The notes below the pieces were generated by a model that saw only the letters and a program-made list of their open reading frames with translations, was not told where the DNA came from and did no database searches. 64,000 nucleotides of DNA, taken from NCBI GenBank assembly GCA_944362765.1, contig CALVTP010000001.1, forward strand, positions 5,395 through 69,394, read 5' to 3'. Below are positions 47,901 through 56,579 of the stretch, one piece after another (position 1 is the first letter of the stretch; the number at the start of each line of letters is the position of its first letter). Position numbers and translations under genes: made by a program. The DNA is from an uncultured Clostridia bacterium (GTDB lineage Bacteria; Bacillota; Clostridia; Christensenellales; DTU072).

Positions 47901-50900
47901 CCAGATCCGCGCAAGCGCGGAGCGCTTTGTCTGAGGGCAGCTGGCAGGTTTCCTCCGTGGAAGGCGATTACGACATTCATATCACTCCCGCAAGAAAACA
48001 TGTGAAAGCTTCGTTCGGCGGGAACTACAAAGTTTCGCACGGTTCGGCGGTTGCCGACTCGAGGCTGACGATCGCAAGGAGCGGCAGGGTGTTCGGAACG
48101 ACTCTGAACGGCACTCTGACCGAGTACGGCGAAGGCGGCAGCATGATGGCGACGTTGGTGGATACGGTAGACGGCGAGTATGTCGGGATTTTGTATAACG
48201 ACTCCGTCACCGTCTCTCTGACCCCCATAGAAGGCTATACGGTACATTCCGCCAGGGTCACGATAACCTCGCTTGAAAACGGCGCGACATTGACCGAATA
48301 CACGCTTGACGATTTCAACGGTATACCCGGTACGGAAGGGAAGAGCCTTACCGTGAATGCCGCGAAAGGCAACATTACAATCGATGTAAGTTATGAAAAG
48401 AAGAGTTACGAGCTGGATATTGTCGTTGCCGGCGGTATCGATTACGGAAGCTTTGTTACGGGTGAACTGACTCCCGAAAGCGGTGCCGGGGTTTCATCGA
48501 TAGCCGACGGAGGACAGGCGGAGCACTACGACAGCCTCAGAATTGTCTTCCGGGCGGATTACGGCTACTACATCTCCTCATTCATGCTCTGCAACAGGAG
48601 AATGGAGATAGGTTCGGGAGCTTCCTCCGATTACATCGTTTCTGCCGAGAAGAACGACTCCAACGAATACGTCTATACCGCTTCCTTTGAAGTCAACGCT
48701 TCCATATTAAACAATTCTTCCGTGATATCGGTAAGCGTGACGTTTGCGCCGCAGCAATTCGTTCTCGAAACGGGTTATACCGGGAATGCGGCGTCGTGGC
48801 TCACTCCGAGCCCCGAAAACGGTTCGTTAAGCTATAACCCCGCCGTCGGCAGCGCCTTCGGATACACACTGGCAGAGGGCTATGAAATAACCGCCGTGAC
48901 GATATATTCCACCTCTGCATGGAGCGCCGATACGGCGAATCCGATCGGGATACTTGACCGGATAGACGCGCTGACGTCGACCGCTAAACCCGGTATCAAC
49001 GAATACCTGAGCCGCACTCCCGCAGGTTCCCCCGCCGGAGAATTGACGATGCGGATAGATATCGGGAAGGAGCTCACTCCTCAGGACACCTCCTCTTCCG
49101 TGCGTTCGATAGTCGACGCGATGGATATTCACTCCGGGGCGGTCACCGTTTATATCGTGTTCAGCGTGGATACGAGTAAGTATGACGTCGATTTCGACGG
49201 TGCTTACGCGGCGAGAGCGGGGGACGGCGACATGATGTTTGGTAATGGCGCTACCGGAAATATCACCGAAAACAGAGTCACTTATATAAGATATGATTGG
49301 AGTTTCAGCTCCCAGGGCGGAACGTCGACGATCCTTACCGGTCATTCCCACGGCACGACGGCAACTTTGACGATAGAGATCCCCTCGCGGAGCGACAGAC
49401 GGTTCGTCTTCGAAGGCATTCAGGAATATGTCGGCGGCAGCTGGGTGTATCTCGAGGACGGCGACGATATCACGATAGAACGGCAGGAAGGCGTAGCCAC
49501 CGTCTCCTATACGATGAAGTCCACCAGAACATTCCGCATAATCTTCTATGAGATGATCGATGTCAATCTGAAGATGACTCCGCTGTATAAATATGTAGGC
49601 GGCAGCTTTGCGTCAGAAAACGTCGGCAGTCTGAATTATTCCGTCTTTGCTTCCGTTTCCGCATCGGCAACCTATTCGGCACCCGCCGGTTTCGACAACA
49701 TCGTGCCGAACGTCGCGGGACTCAGCGAGAGGTTGACGGGAACCTCTGCCGACGCGGCGACAACGGTCTTCTCGGTAAGGTTCGGAGGGGTGCTGATACC
49801 CTCGGCGGTCGATACTTTGGCGACTTCTTCGTCGAGCAGAGCGAATATTTCCTTCTATACCGAACCCGGTCTCGACAACATAGTCCCCGAAAACGGCATT
49901 TCCGTAACGGAGTCTCGGACGCTCTACGGAGCCGACACGGAAATGAACCTTTTGCTGAGCGTTTCCTTCCGCACACAAGGCGAAGATATAGGCACGAGGG
50001 GCGGAACCATCAGCGGCGCTTCCATAAGCGACGGCTCGATCGTCTTCAATCCCGGCGATGAATTGAGCTTTACGTTACAGCCGAATGCGGGCTACCGCGT
50101 CGGCGCCGTCGGATTCCTTCCCGATACCGGTACTCCCGGCGCGGGCGGAAGAAGACAGTTTGCTTCCGAGTACGTCATGATGGAAGTGCCCGCGGATAAC
50201 GGTGGAGAGCTTTCGGACGACGCCTTCCCGTTTACGCTTATTCCCGGCATCGGAGGCAACTACACGCTTCGATTCAACGACTCCGGCGAAGGCATGGTAA
50301 TACGCATACTCTTTATAAAGCAGATAACGTTAACGCGCTCGATATCGCTGTTGGACGGGTATGAATCCCCCGTGTTCTTCAATCAGTTCAAGTGGGAGGA
50401 AAACGCGCTTTGGGAAAGCACGGATAACGACGATTCGGCTTCCGTAATCATCGATTACGGTACCCAAATAAGCCTTCAAGTGCAGGAAAACTTTGCCGCC
50501 GTCACTTCTTCCGACGTGCGTTACCGCTTTGTCGGATACCTGATAAACGGCGTCATGCAGGATCTCACGTTGTCCAGAGCCTACCCCGGTTCCACCCAAA
50601 GGAACTTCACTATTTCCGATGACGCAATGAACGGCGCCACGGTGGCGGGCGGAAGCGGAGTTTTCACCGTCGAGGTAGTGGCGCTGTACCAGCCGGTATA
50701 CACCATTGTCATAGACAACGTGTTTTTCGATACCGACGGTCGCTGCGTCAATCCGGGCTCCGTTACGATGCGGACATATCTATATGATCATTCGCGCGTA
50801 CAATACGTGCAGAACACCTTAGCTCTTGCGGCGGCGACGGGAGACAGCGGAGCGAACGCCACGGACGGCAAGTTGTATTTCAGAGTGCTTGGCGGCATCA

Positions 50901-53900
50901 ACGGAAATTCCGGCAACGCATACAACACCTGGAACGAGAATACGATAACCCTTAATTGGGGACGGGAAGGCTACTCGGAAGGATTTGTTCTGAGAGGCTG
51001 GGAAGTGTACGCTTATGACGGCTCGGGGTGGAGCTGGAAACAGATCGGGAGCGGCAATAACTTCTCGTTCGAAATAAACGCCCTCTTTGAGGAGTCTTAT
51101 TTAAGGTATGTCAACACCAATAACGAGGTAGACAATAACTATACAAACATTTCCGGAGGGCTTAAAAACCATACCGACGAGGGAAGCGGCTATGTTTACG
51201 GTATTCCCGAAGGGAGTGCCTACGACGACTATTGTATAATGATTCGTCCCGTTTTCGAAAAGCAGAACACCATTTACACCATACCCGAAGTGGCGTCTAT
51301 TTATGCGGGAACTTATATCCCTTACGAAAGCGATCAGATGAATCCTCCCGTAAGACCTTCCATAAACGGTAATACGGACAGTTTGCAGAAGAACTTCTCG
51401 CAGGGCACTACGGCGGTGCTGAGACCGAACGTGTCGAACGAGTACGTTTTCGAAGACTGGTGGGTAGATATAATAGGGGAAGACGGAAGCGTTGAGCGCC
51501 ATCGGTTGGAAGCAGGAAGCAATATAACGCTATCCGGCGTCGCCAACCGCAACGGAGAGCCGGCGGAGTTCACTTATAGCCTGACCACGAGCGACGATAC
51601 GGACAAAAACGCGCTCTCCATCGTCATGAACGACCACTACAAAGTCTATGCACGTTACACCGCGCAGCACAAAATGACGATAAGCGCCACGAACATCACC
51701 GCAACCTCCTTCAATGCCGCTTTGCCGAAGCTTAATATCTCTTATAAGCGGACGCCGACGTCCGAAGCGGAAGTTTTGGTAGACGAGGGATTCCCGACGG
51801 ACGCCTTGGAAAAATACGGCTTTACCTTCGTGGGCGGTGTTTTCAGCGGCATGGTCGCGGTCGGAGGAAGGCTCACTGCTTCGTTATCCGTAGCCGGTTA
51901 CAGTTCCGAGCCCGGCGAAATCGACTTCTTCAACCCGCGCTACGACAGGTTCAGCGACGTACACATACAGGTTTCCGGCAAGGATATTTTCGGAACGGGA
52001 CAGACCGGCGACGACGCCGACCAAACGTCCTTGCGCACTCTGGAACAGATTCAGGCATATCTTTCCGGTAATGCCGTGGGCGATGGCGCGGCGATAAGCT
52101 ACCAAGCCTATACCGAACTTCTCGAAACATTCAGTCTGGAGATCGTCTCCAACAGTTCCAAGACAATTACCTTTGATTTCATAAGCTACGGCGAAATCAA
52201 CATCGAAGACGTTTTCACTACGGGGGTCGAGGGCTCCACGGCGGGCGTCAAGCTTCCCGCGGCTTTGGCAGAGGCGCTGGGTTATGACGGAGATATCTGG
52301 GTCTATGACGGCGACGTGAGAGGAGTGGTAAGCGACGCGGACGGGATTGTGGACGGCAATATCCGTATTGCCAACGTGCCGATAATAAGCGGTTCGGGCT
52401 ATGATAACATCTCCGGTGACGCGAAAGAAATGGACTTCTGGCTGAGAATCAGGCACGGTGACGGTACGATAATCACTCTTGACAACAGCGATATCGGCAG
52501 ATTGGGCATAAGCTTTTCCGAAGCTTCCGCATACAAGAAGATTTCCCGCGTTTCGCTGTACGGCACTCCCAGTTCGGGTCTTACGTCCTTCCCGTTCGGT
52601 AATAAGGATGCCGCCGGCGATCATCTCGGAGGAGGCGACGGCACACTCGGCGCGCCCTTCCTGATTTATACGGCGGAGCATCTCAACAGCATAGACAGGA
52701 TATATAAAGGTAATGACGGCGTCATGAGCGGTATTTATTTCCGGCTGGAAGACGATATCGATTTGTCCGGATCGGCTTTCGGAGGCCGTCTCACTGCGGA
52801 CGTAGCGACCGTACAAGGAACCAAACTCAGCATGGGCTTCACCGGCACGCTTGACGGCGACGGACATTCGATAACCAATATAAGCATTAACATTTCCGGA
52901 CAAAACGATTACGTCGGATTGTTCAGCAAGATAGGAAACGGCGGAAGCGTCTCGGATCTCCGACTTTCCGGCTCGGTCATCGCCGAACAAGGGAACTATG
53001 TCGGGATGCTTGCAGGCTATGTCATGGGCGGCAGAATCAGGGACGTCACGATCTTTAATCCCGATGTCTCATCCGGGCAGAACCAAGTCTACGGCAATAA
53101 GTACGTGGGCGGATTGGTAGGCTATATTACGGGCACGAGCGGAGAACAGGAAGCAACGATATCCTTCGGCGCAGATACCGAAACCGTCGTTCTGGAAAGT
53201 ATCGTGGTTTATGCCTATACCGGCGGCACATATGATTCGTCGTCCAAGAATTATACCGGCGGTGTCGGCGGTATCGCGGGCGCTATGGGAGCCTATTCCA
53301 GGATTACGGGGGATTATACCTACACCGGCGAGATACCCGAAGATGAAGCGGCGGCGGGTGAGTTGAATCTGGACTTGGATCTGCTCAGCGCAAATGCCAT
53401 ATTAAGAAGTGTCGTCGTGGTCGGTCAATATGCCTCCGGTATCTTGGTCGGAAGTGTTGAAGACCGCACAAATACCGCCTCAACGGAAGAAGGCTCCGAG
53501 TACAAATTTGCCGTCTCAGGCTTCAAGGTCGAATATGCTACCGGAGACGATCAGACGCAGTCCGGTAAGGCGGCGCTCGGCGGAGCGATAGGCTTTATCG
53601 GGTACAAGGTCGTCGTAGGGCTTTTGGATGTCAACATTGTGGGAACGCACGCTGTTTCGGGCGACAGACCCGATAATACCGTCCAAACATTCACAGAGGA
53701 TCTTGCGCGCTCATTGGGCGTAGGCGGCTTGGCGGGTAATAATATCGGCACGATCAGATATTCCAAAGTGACGGGAGGCGGTTTACTGGACGTCAAAGCC
53801 GGCGCGGTAGGCGGTGTAGCGGGCGTCAATTTCGGTACCATTGAAAATGTCAGCATGCAAATCCGCTTGAAGGTCAACAGGCGTGCCCCGACAGGCGAGC

Positions 53901-54805
53901 GCGGATTGACTGCCGCGTTGGGAGGCATAGCGGGCGTCAACTGGACAAATGCGTCGATAATTGACTGTGAAGTCGCGATGCCGCTCGGTACCTTCGGAGA
54001 CGAGGAGGCGCTGGAGGCAGACGACGCCACTCTGGAAATGATTACCGGCAGCGATATCTACGACCCGGTAGCAAACGGCGGCATGGGTGGCGGCTTGTAC
54101 AGTCAAATCAATTATGAAGACGCGACAAATATCTATGTCGGTCTCGCGACCGGATATAACGGCGGGAGCGCTTACGTCAGAGGCGGCAATTATGTAGGTA
54201 AGATTTTGGTCAATCGCCGTAACAACGATGTCTCCACCGGGCAAAGCTACGTCGGCGGCGCGGTAGGGTACAGCGATTCCACCGTGGCGTCCACCGGTAT
54301 TACGACAAATGTTCATATTTGCTTCTTCCAATACCTCTATGTCGATTCCGATGTGGATGAAAACGTAAAAAACAGAGAGCAAATCCTGAATGTCGGCGGC
54401 ATATACGGTAAATCTTCCGGCGCCGAGGTTTCGGGTACTTACGACGGAGCTCGGATCTATGCCGCATACCTGGGCGGCGGCGATGCATTGTCGCAGGGGG
54501 ATCTTGACCAATCTTCCTGGACGCCGAGTAATGCTTACATGACCGGTACAAATGTAGGCGCGGCGAGAATAAATGTGACTGCAGGAGAATTGACGAAGGA
54601 ATGCCTGATGCCTGCCGACCCTTCCGGATCGATATTGAAAACCTGGTATTATAATGAATCCAACGAATGTCCCAAGTGGGTGCATGATGATGTGCTAAGA
54701 ATTAAGATTAACTGGGCTGCTACTGACTGGTTGCCCCCTGATTTGGAGTTTGGGTGGGGATATATGTACGCCGGCAACGGAAGATACGTAAATATTTATT
54801 CTTAA
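41993..54805 (+). CDS. giant (4270-aa) N-terminally membrane-anchored surface protein with InlB-B/Listeria-Bacteroides-type repeats, serial beta-sandwich modules and a Gly-rich GLUG-like C-terminal region
   Basis: SD AAGGAGA. TM anchor IFGITAIVVVVAALVAAGVAVAVL. Repeats of the Y.F.GW type (AGYEFVRWTDG, YGYRFAGWDTD, SGYEFAGWYYE, ENYIFNGWYVV). Dozens of ~90-100-aa modules with GG(S/T)V ... EGY.(I/L).S..VNG. From about nt 52650: PFLIYTAEHLNSI ... DIDLSG ... FTGTLDGDGHSITN ... YVGGLVGY / GGIAG / GGLAGNN repeats. No LPXTG, SLH or choline-binding tail was recognised. Confidence 0.85.
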   Translation: MARYRIPGKNYSRRSIFGITAIVVVVAALVAAGVAVAVLPSVVDGHEGSEFVTDGGYTRPVVTAIVLENDGRISVNANLENVFATVQYSDGSVEQVALSEMLIEGLDLTQSNTSSDVVLDFGGFKQSVVFEVIPTTLTVTYIAGEGGSVEGDLIQEVIAGEDATTVRAVPDAGYEFVRWTDGYPEPERRDRAISKTTTLQAVFRKQTFTVVFFYPDGTTAREETVQYNMSPTDIPDPDEGEMRLYGYRFAGWDTDYSHITQDTEIHPIMVKHAIDLNFTATSDGDGALGGIQDIMPYYPIGQQTVLRLTPNTERVFLGWEITDKDGSVVEFPADNITGEGYSRSVSLFDSISVTFTAGQTGTEGRNEYTLSFTIPEGAVTGTFDLNIHAEFAYSKSIVTFVSQGASGNLYSAELNYGTPVGTLFAEAESRLPERSGYEFAGWYYELNESGAPDVLDGDEFIAMDATLTALWESLSYDVKFILDGIDNAEDFEGLDGYFNEDGNRGIRLRVKYSDTLESAVSGTIDGVEYGVYPAVAPEKENYIFNGWYVVDANGAMTETAAAKDYIVSGDTTLRAKFLPRTVNVKIVADGGVVEGADNVSVFGSVMVPVTEDFSFRTKPNVGYSLGDILWNGETYIEAPVVGEDGYFDGSIAASDLQKVNTEATLTIIFIPENNRITIEASGGGGTFTYNLTGAAGGETFDVAAGNSAYFEVPDGSSVTIAIRPSNIQQRISSVSVDSAPEMTVPQSEYNLILEAVDADKNIVVEFENVYYSIDYPTEEEWEGYSINSYDVTAGMTHLQGSNVKFTVTAEEGKYISEVRVNGTFMDVYNLENGLTAYCTIDEFYVNGALYENNAPVTGVNDYRITAITFNVAGIMQNTVISVAAEDMYYNVSFSVVDESGNSVDATLSPGGSFTEEYGSTASVDATVQNIYYIYSVYDSARGETELLSQQLSAYQYTTEPLTGDTEIVFTVRPALRTITFSFPAGIIGIEYNSAILDIGAEETTYTVSDIVNGGNATFRLYVKSVGYQLDSVSSVSDSGTINEDVGFRVTSHTMTFNSVESDYEVNVRASEINYDVEIFAVNKKNVTISIAGGSPVSGDGTGTMLELTYDAYMNGSAEISIMLTGKTALSAGDIIVMNATGGDYGYIYAEDDPEEGGYYKLEGDVSNPTLTVYRIASDVTIYLNIHDKEASSITFGASGAGSLTAEKGGVSITSGDPVSAGDEIIFKAKLQGTSLLGFMIDGSWVSADSSEIEYADGVYEYIYVVKEGVSPQVFAFFGELRYPVIIDTQISGGTVRTEPESVSGGETLRIKFIPDEGYKLKSYSLTYNATGDTYEDWAGLPGEGASLTAEYTINENYNGSVTVRAVFEPITFSVEWDYDAQNGSAIVPDAATEYEEMEYGSVLRLEIKANSGQYISSITVNGLEYGAENLSNASYDEDLRKYTSGTLEITVRTDIYVVISYSPGVYTLSIRDNPGGVTYASCGNGAYGDVDSLSFTAKDVIKLKLEAEEGYHIESIRIHGEIYDEWLDSVEGIEDEVRQLVLTLTEGDELRGEGLGNIDIEVTYRINVYDVVLSASNSSPNFADFDRVPADFGTVTIFGEAAADSFAVEHGANILVVVSPVRSKRYIVSSMTVNGVYVDIGTGDGGIQSTGGNYLINVTDDIEVEVVFTRETYGTSLTDYFNNPAGIEQTTGVNAWAGEFSLAFTHPNDSSREVIASAENTYEYGLRYVLTANPGTGYNVESLMINGEESKDSLGSAYVVRRILGSSLEVQVTFAISFYRVEYTFSSAEAFDSSGALISYGSGALNVTRRDESTLNLFDAESDTTYQLVNGGLVRDITVDGSTLVAWVSYGSELTFIATPSFADRGGRVSDIDFRSANSSVGVDPVEDGQPMALTRRIAADSTLSVEFDITVYEFKVTSGVGGSVVLTGNMDGDMIDWHQAVSIALTLSEGYELPSDSVAVYIDGVLDETRSAQARSALSEGSWQVSSVEGDYDIHITPARKHVKASFGGNYKVSHGSAVADSRLTIARSGRVFGTTLNGTLTEYGEGGSMMATLVDTVDGEYVGILYNDSVTVSLTPIEGYTVHSARVTITSLENGATLTEYTLDDFNGIPGTEGKSLTVNAAKGNITIDVSYEKKSYELDIVVAGGIDYGSFVTGELTPESGAGVSSIADGGQAEHYDSLRIVFRADYGYYISSFMLCNRRMEIGSGASSDYIVSAEKNDSNEYVYTASFEVNASILNNSSVISVSVTFAPQQFVLETGYTGNAASWLTPSPENGSLSYNPAVGSAFGYTLAEGYEITAVTIYSTSAWSADTANPIGILDRIDALTSTAKPGINEYLSRTPAGSPAGELTMRIDIGKELTPQDTSSSVRSIVDAMDIHSGAVTVYIVFSVDTSKYDVDFDGAYAARAGDGDMMFGNGATGNITENRVTYIRYDWSFSSQGGTSTILTGHSHGTTATLTIEIPSRSDRRFVFEGIQEYVGGSWVYLEDGDDITIERQEGVATVSYTMKSTRTFRIIFYEMIDVNLKMTPLYKYVGGSFASENVGSLNYSVFASVSASATYSAPAGFDNIVPNVAGLSERLTGTSADAATTVFSVRFGGVLIPSAVDTLATSSSSRANISFYTEPGLDNIVPENGISVTESRTLYGADTEMNLLLSVSFRTQGEDIGTRGGTISGASISDGSIVFNPGDELSFTLQPNAGYRVGAVGFLPDTGTPGAGGRRQFASEYVMMEVPADNGGELSDDAFPFTLIPGIGGNYTLRFNDSGEGMVIRILFIKQITLTRSISLLDGYESPVFFNQFKWEENALWESTDNDDSASVIIDYGTQISLQVQENFAAVTSSDVRYRFVGYLINGVMQDLTLSRAYPGSTQRNFTISDDAMNGATVAGGSGVFTVEVVALYQPVYTIVIDNVFFDTDGRCVNPGSVTMRTYLYDHSRVQYVQNTLALAAATGDSGANATDGKLYFRVLGGINGNSGNAYNTWNENTITLNWGREGYSEGFVLRGWEVYAYDGSGWSWKQIGSGNNFSFEINALFEESYLRYVNTNNEVDNNYTNISGGLKNHTDEGSGYVYGIPEGSAYDDYCIMIRPVFEKQNTIYTIPEVASIYAGTYIPYESDQMNPPVRPSINGNTDSLQKNFSQGTTAVLRPNVSNEYVFEDWWVDIIGEDGSVERHRLEAGSNITLSGVANRNGEPAEFTYSLTTSDDTDKNALSIVMNDHYKVYARYTAQHKMTISATNITATSFNAALPKLNISYKRTPTSEAEVLVDEGFPTDALEKYGFTFVGGVFSGMVAVGGRLTASLSVAGYSSEPGEIDFFNPRYDRFSDVHIQVSGKDIFGTGQTGDDADQTSLRTLEQIQAYLSGNAVGDGAAISYQAYTELLETFSLEIVSNSSKTITFDFISYGEINIEDVFTTGVEGSTAGVKLPAALAEALGYDGDIWVYDGDVRGVVSDADGIVDGNIRIANVPIISGSGYDNISGDAKEMDFWLRIRHGDGTIITLDNSDIGRLGISFSEASAYKKISRVSLYGTPSSGLTSFPFGNKDAAGDHLGGGDGTLGAPFLIYTAEHLNSIDRIYKGNDGVMSGIYFRLEDDIDLSGSAFGGRLTADVATVQGTKLSMGFTGTLDGDGHSITNISINISGQNDYVGLFSKIGNGGSVSDLRLSGSVIAEQGNYVGMLAGYVMGGRIRDVTIFNPDVSSGQNQVYGNKYVGGLVGYITGTSGEQEATISFGADTETVVLESIVVYAYTGGTYDSSSKNYTGGVGGIAGAMGAYSRITGDYTYTGEIPEDEAAAGELNLDLDLLSANAILRSVVVVGQYASGILVGSVEDRTNTASTEEGSEYKFAVSGFKVEYATGDDQTQSGKAALGGAIGFIGYKVVVGLLDVNIVGTHAVSGDRPDNTVQTFTEDLARSLGVGGLAGNNIGTIRYSKVTGGGLLDVKAGAVGGVAGVNFGTIENVSMQIRLKVNRRAPTGERGLTAALGGIAGVNWTNASIIDCEVAMPLGTFGDEEALEADDATLEMITGSDIYDPVANGGMGGGLYSQINYEDATNIYVGLATGYNGGSAYVRGGNYVGKILVNRRNNDVSTGQSYVGGAVGYSDSTVASTGITTNVHICFFQYLYVDSDVDENVKNREQILNVGGIYGKSSGAEVSGTYDGARIYAAYLGGGDALSQGDLDQSSWTPSNAYMTGTNVGAARINVTAGELTKECLMPADPSGSILKTWYYNESNECPKWVHDDVLRIKINWAATDWLPPDLEFGWGYMYAGNGRYVNIYS

Positions 54806-54842
54806 CGGAGAACTTCCGTAATGCGACGGCCTGACGACGGTA

Positions 54843-54868
54843 AAAAGCCCGCAAGATGCGGGCTTTTT
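54843..54868 (+). terminator. rho-independent terminator after the giant gene
   Basis: AGCCCGCA-aga-TGCGGGCT followed by TTTTT. Confidence 0.88.
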
Positions 54869-55035
54869 CATTGATAAAACCGTAAAAAGCAGTGCCGAGG
54901 GCAGGCGGAAGGCGCGCGTTACAAGCGTTAGGATATTCTTCGGGCGATACTCGGTACATTAGGCGGGCGGAGCCGAAAAAATGCCGGTGCGGGCGGAGAG
55001 TTTACCTGCGAAGCGCCCTCCGAAAGCGCCGCTTT

Positions 55036-55515
55036 TTACCGGGACAGCGCTCCCAAAAAGGCGGTGAAGCGCGTTTCCAACGCAAGCGGCAAACTTACGT
55101 CTCTGCCGCTTGCCGCGAGAGTATCCAGTGCAATAAACAACTCGATTTCGAGATTCAGAAGCCTTTCGACGCCGCCGCGCCCGGAAGGAAGCTTGTCTGT
55201 AGGGATATTCCGCCCTTCCGGAGAGCGCAATTCGTCGACAACCGCTCTTTTGAGACTTTTCAGATAGCGGATTATAGGGGCGGGAGAGTTCATCCGCTCC
55301 AAAATCCCCAGCTGCTCTTCGGCAAGGTATCGTGCGTCGGAGTATTCCGGACAGGCAGTGCCGCGAAGTTTTTCGTTGTACGCACGCGCCAGCTTTTCGA
55401 TGTGTTGTTCGTCCATAGTATAGTCTATTATCGGCGTCTTTTCGAAAGACCATCTCTTGAAGTTTTCGATAAAAAGACATCTTTCGACGTATACCTCCAA
55501 AATCCACGGCGCCAT
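55036..55515 (-). CDS. hypothetical protein (start uncertain)
   Basis: Balanced, helix-rich composition (…MDEQHIEKLARAYNEKLRG…APIIRYLKSLKRAVVDELR…), unlike the overlapping Arg-rich shadow ORFs. No motif recognised. An internal Met at codon 34 is an alternative start. Confidence 0.5.
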   Translation of the reverse strand: MAPWILEVYVERCLFIENFKRWSFEKTPIIDYTMDEQHIEKLARAYNEKLRGTACPEYSDARYLAEEQLGILERMNSPAPIIRYLKSLKRAVVDELRSPEGRNIPTDKLPSGRGGVERLLNLEIELFIALDTLAASGRDVSLPLALETRFTAFLGALSR

Positions 55516-55533
55516 AGCGGTTAGAATAGCGGT

Positions 55534-56490
55534 ATGGAACTGTTTTTTTCCGATTGCGCCGCTTCGCGCGCGGCGGAATATTTTTTGGAGACTTTCCCGG
55601 GACGGACTGCCGTTCTATACTCTTCGGAGAGCACGCGGAACCTGTTTTTAAGAGCAGGCGTAAGATTGTCGGAAGCTCCCGAAGAACAGGCGCAGGCAGT
55701 AGCGGTTGGCGCAGACTGCGCCGATAATTATCGACGCGCAAGGCTGACGGGAACTGAATACATATTGTCCGGCGGCGTCGATTTCACGGAGATGATTTCA
55801 GATTTTTCAATCATAGGCTTCCAAAAAATTGAAAAAGGTTACCCGAAAGCTGTTTTTATAGATATTGCCGACAGTGAGCGCTTCAGACAGCAGGAGGAAA
55901 TTTTTTCAACCTACGCCTATCTTGACATTCTGGACAAGGGACTCGTCGACGGTTTCAAAAAGGAGGTCAAAGAATCGGTCACCCAAGCCTTAGAGGAATT
56001 GAAAGAGGGTTCACCTCAGGAACGATTGAAATTTTTTGCGGAGGCGCTGACTGCGTCGGGCGGGCGATCGGAGTTTTTCGGCATGAGAAGGGCGCTTTCC
56101 TCGGTCACCGGAAGGAGTTTTGCCTTGGTGGCGCTTTTCACGGCGATTCGATTTACAAATTTCGATTTTGGTAGTATATTATTAGGTAGAAGCGATGCCG
56201 AAGCGCGGCTTCGGGGAGAGATTTGTTCGCGGGCTGCGGCGCCGAGGCGGACGCCGAATCTTTACCTTATGCGCAAATACCTTCCTTCCGAAAACGAATT
56301 TCGGGAGTGGTCGTGGGCGATATTTCAGTCCGAAGAGTGTGACCCGCGGGAGGAACTTACGCTTTATCAGGCGGCTGCGGCGCTCACCGCGGGGGAGGGC
56401 TTTTTCCCATCCGTCTGGGACGCGGGATTTATCGACGGCATGCTTCGCGGAGAGGATTATCTCACCGGAGAAAATTCGTTAAAATCATAA
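55534..56490 (+). CDS. hypothetical cytoplasmic protein
   Basis: 318 aa with protein-like composition and no TM or signal sequence. Diverges from the previous gene with only 18 bp between the start codons. No confident family assignment. Confidence 0.55.
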   Translation: MELFFSDCAASRAAEYFLETFPGRTAVLYSSESTRNLFLRAGVRLSEAPEEQAQAVAVGADCADNYRRARLTGTEYILSGGVDFTEMISDFSIIGFQKIEKGYPKAVFIDIADSERFRQQEEIFSTYAYLDILDKGLVDGFKKEVKESVTQALEELKEGSPQERLKFFAEALTASGGRSEFFGMRRALSSVTGRSFALVALFTAIRFTNFDFGSILLGRSDAEARLRGEICSRAAAPRRTPNLYLMRKYLPSENEFREWSWAIFQSEECDPREELTLYQAAAALTAGEGFFPSVWDAGFIDGMLRGEDYLTGENSLKS

Positions 56491-56579
56491 AAACGGCTGA
56501 CCATCGGTGACCGGCTCCGTTCGGCGGTCTTCCCGACGGACGACAAGCCCGGCGGCAAATGCCCGCAAAAGAGGAAAGT

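Noticed and set aside
41933-54685. Long antisense ORFs inside the giant gene (41933-42868, 43709-44389, 44726-45550, 46199-47110, 51884-52990, 53783-54685, all minus strand)
   Set aside because: They are shadow ORFs typical of GC-rich third positions. They show Arg/Gly/His-rich low-complexity composition, no SD, and complete overlap with a long sense ORF that has coherent repeat-domain structure.
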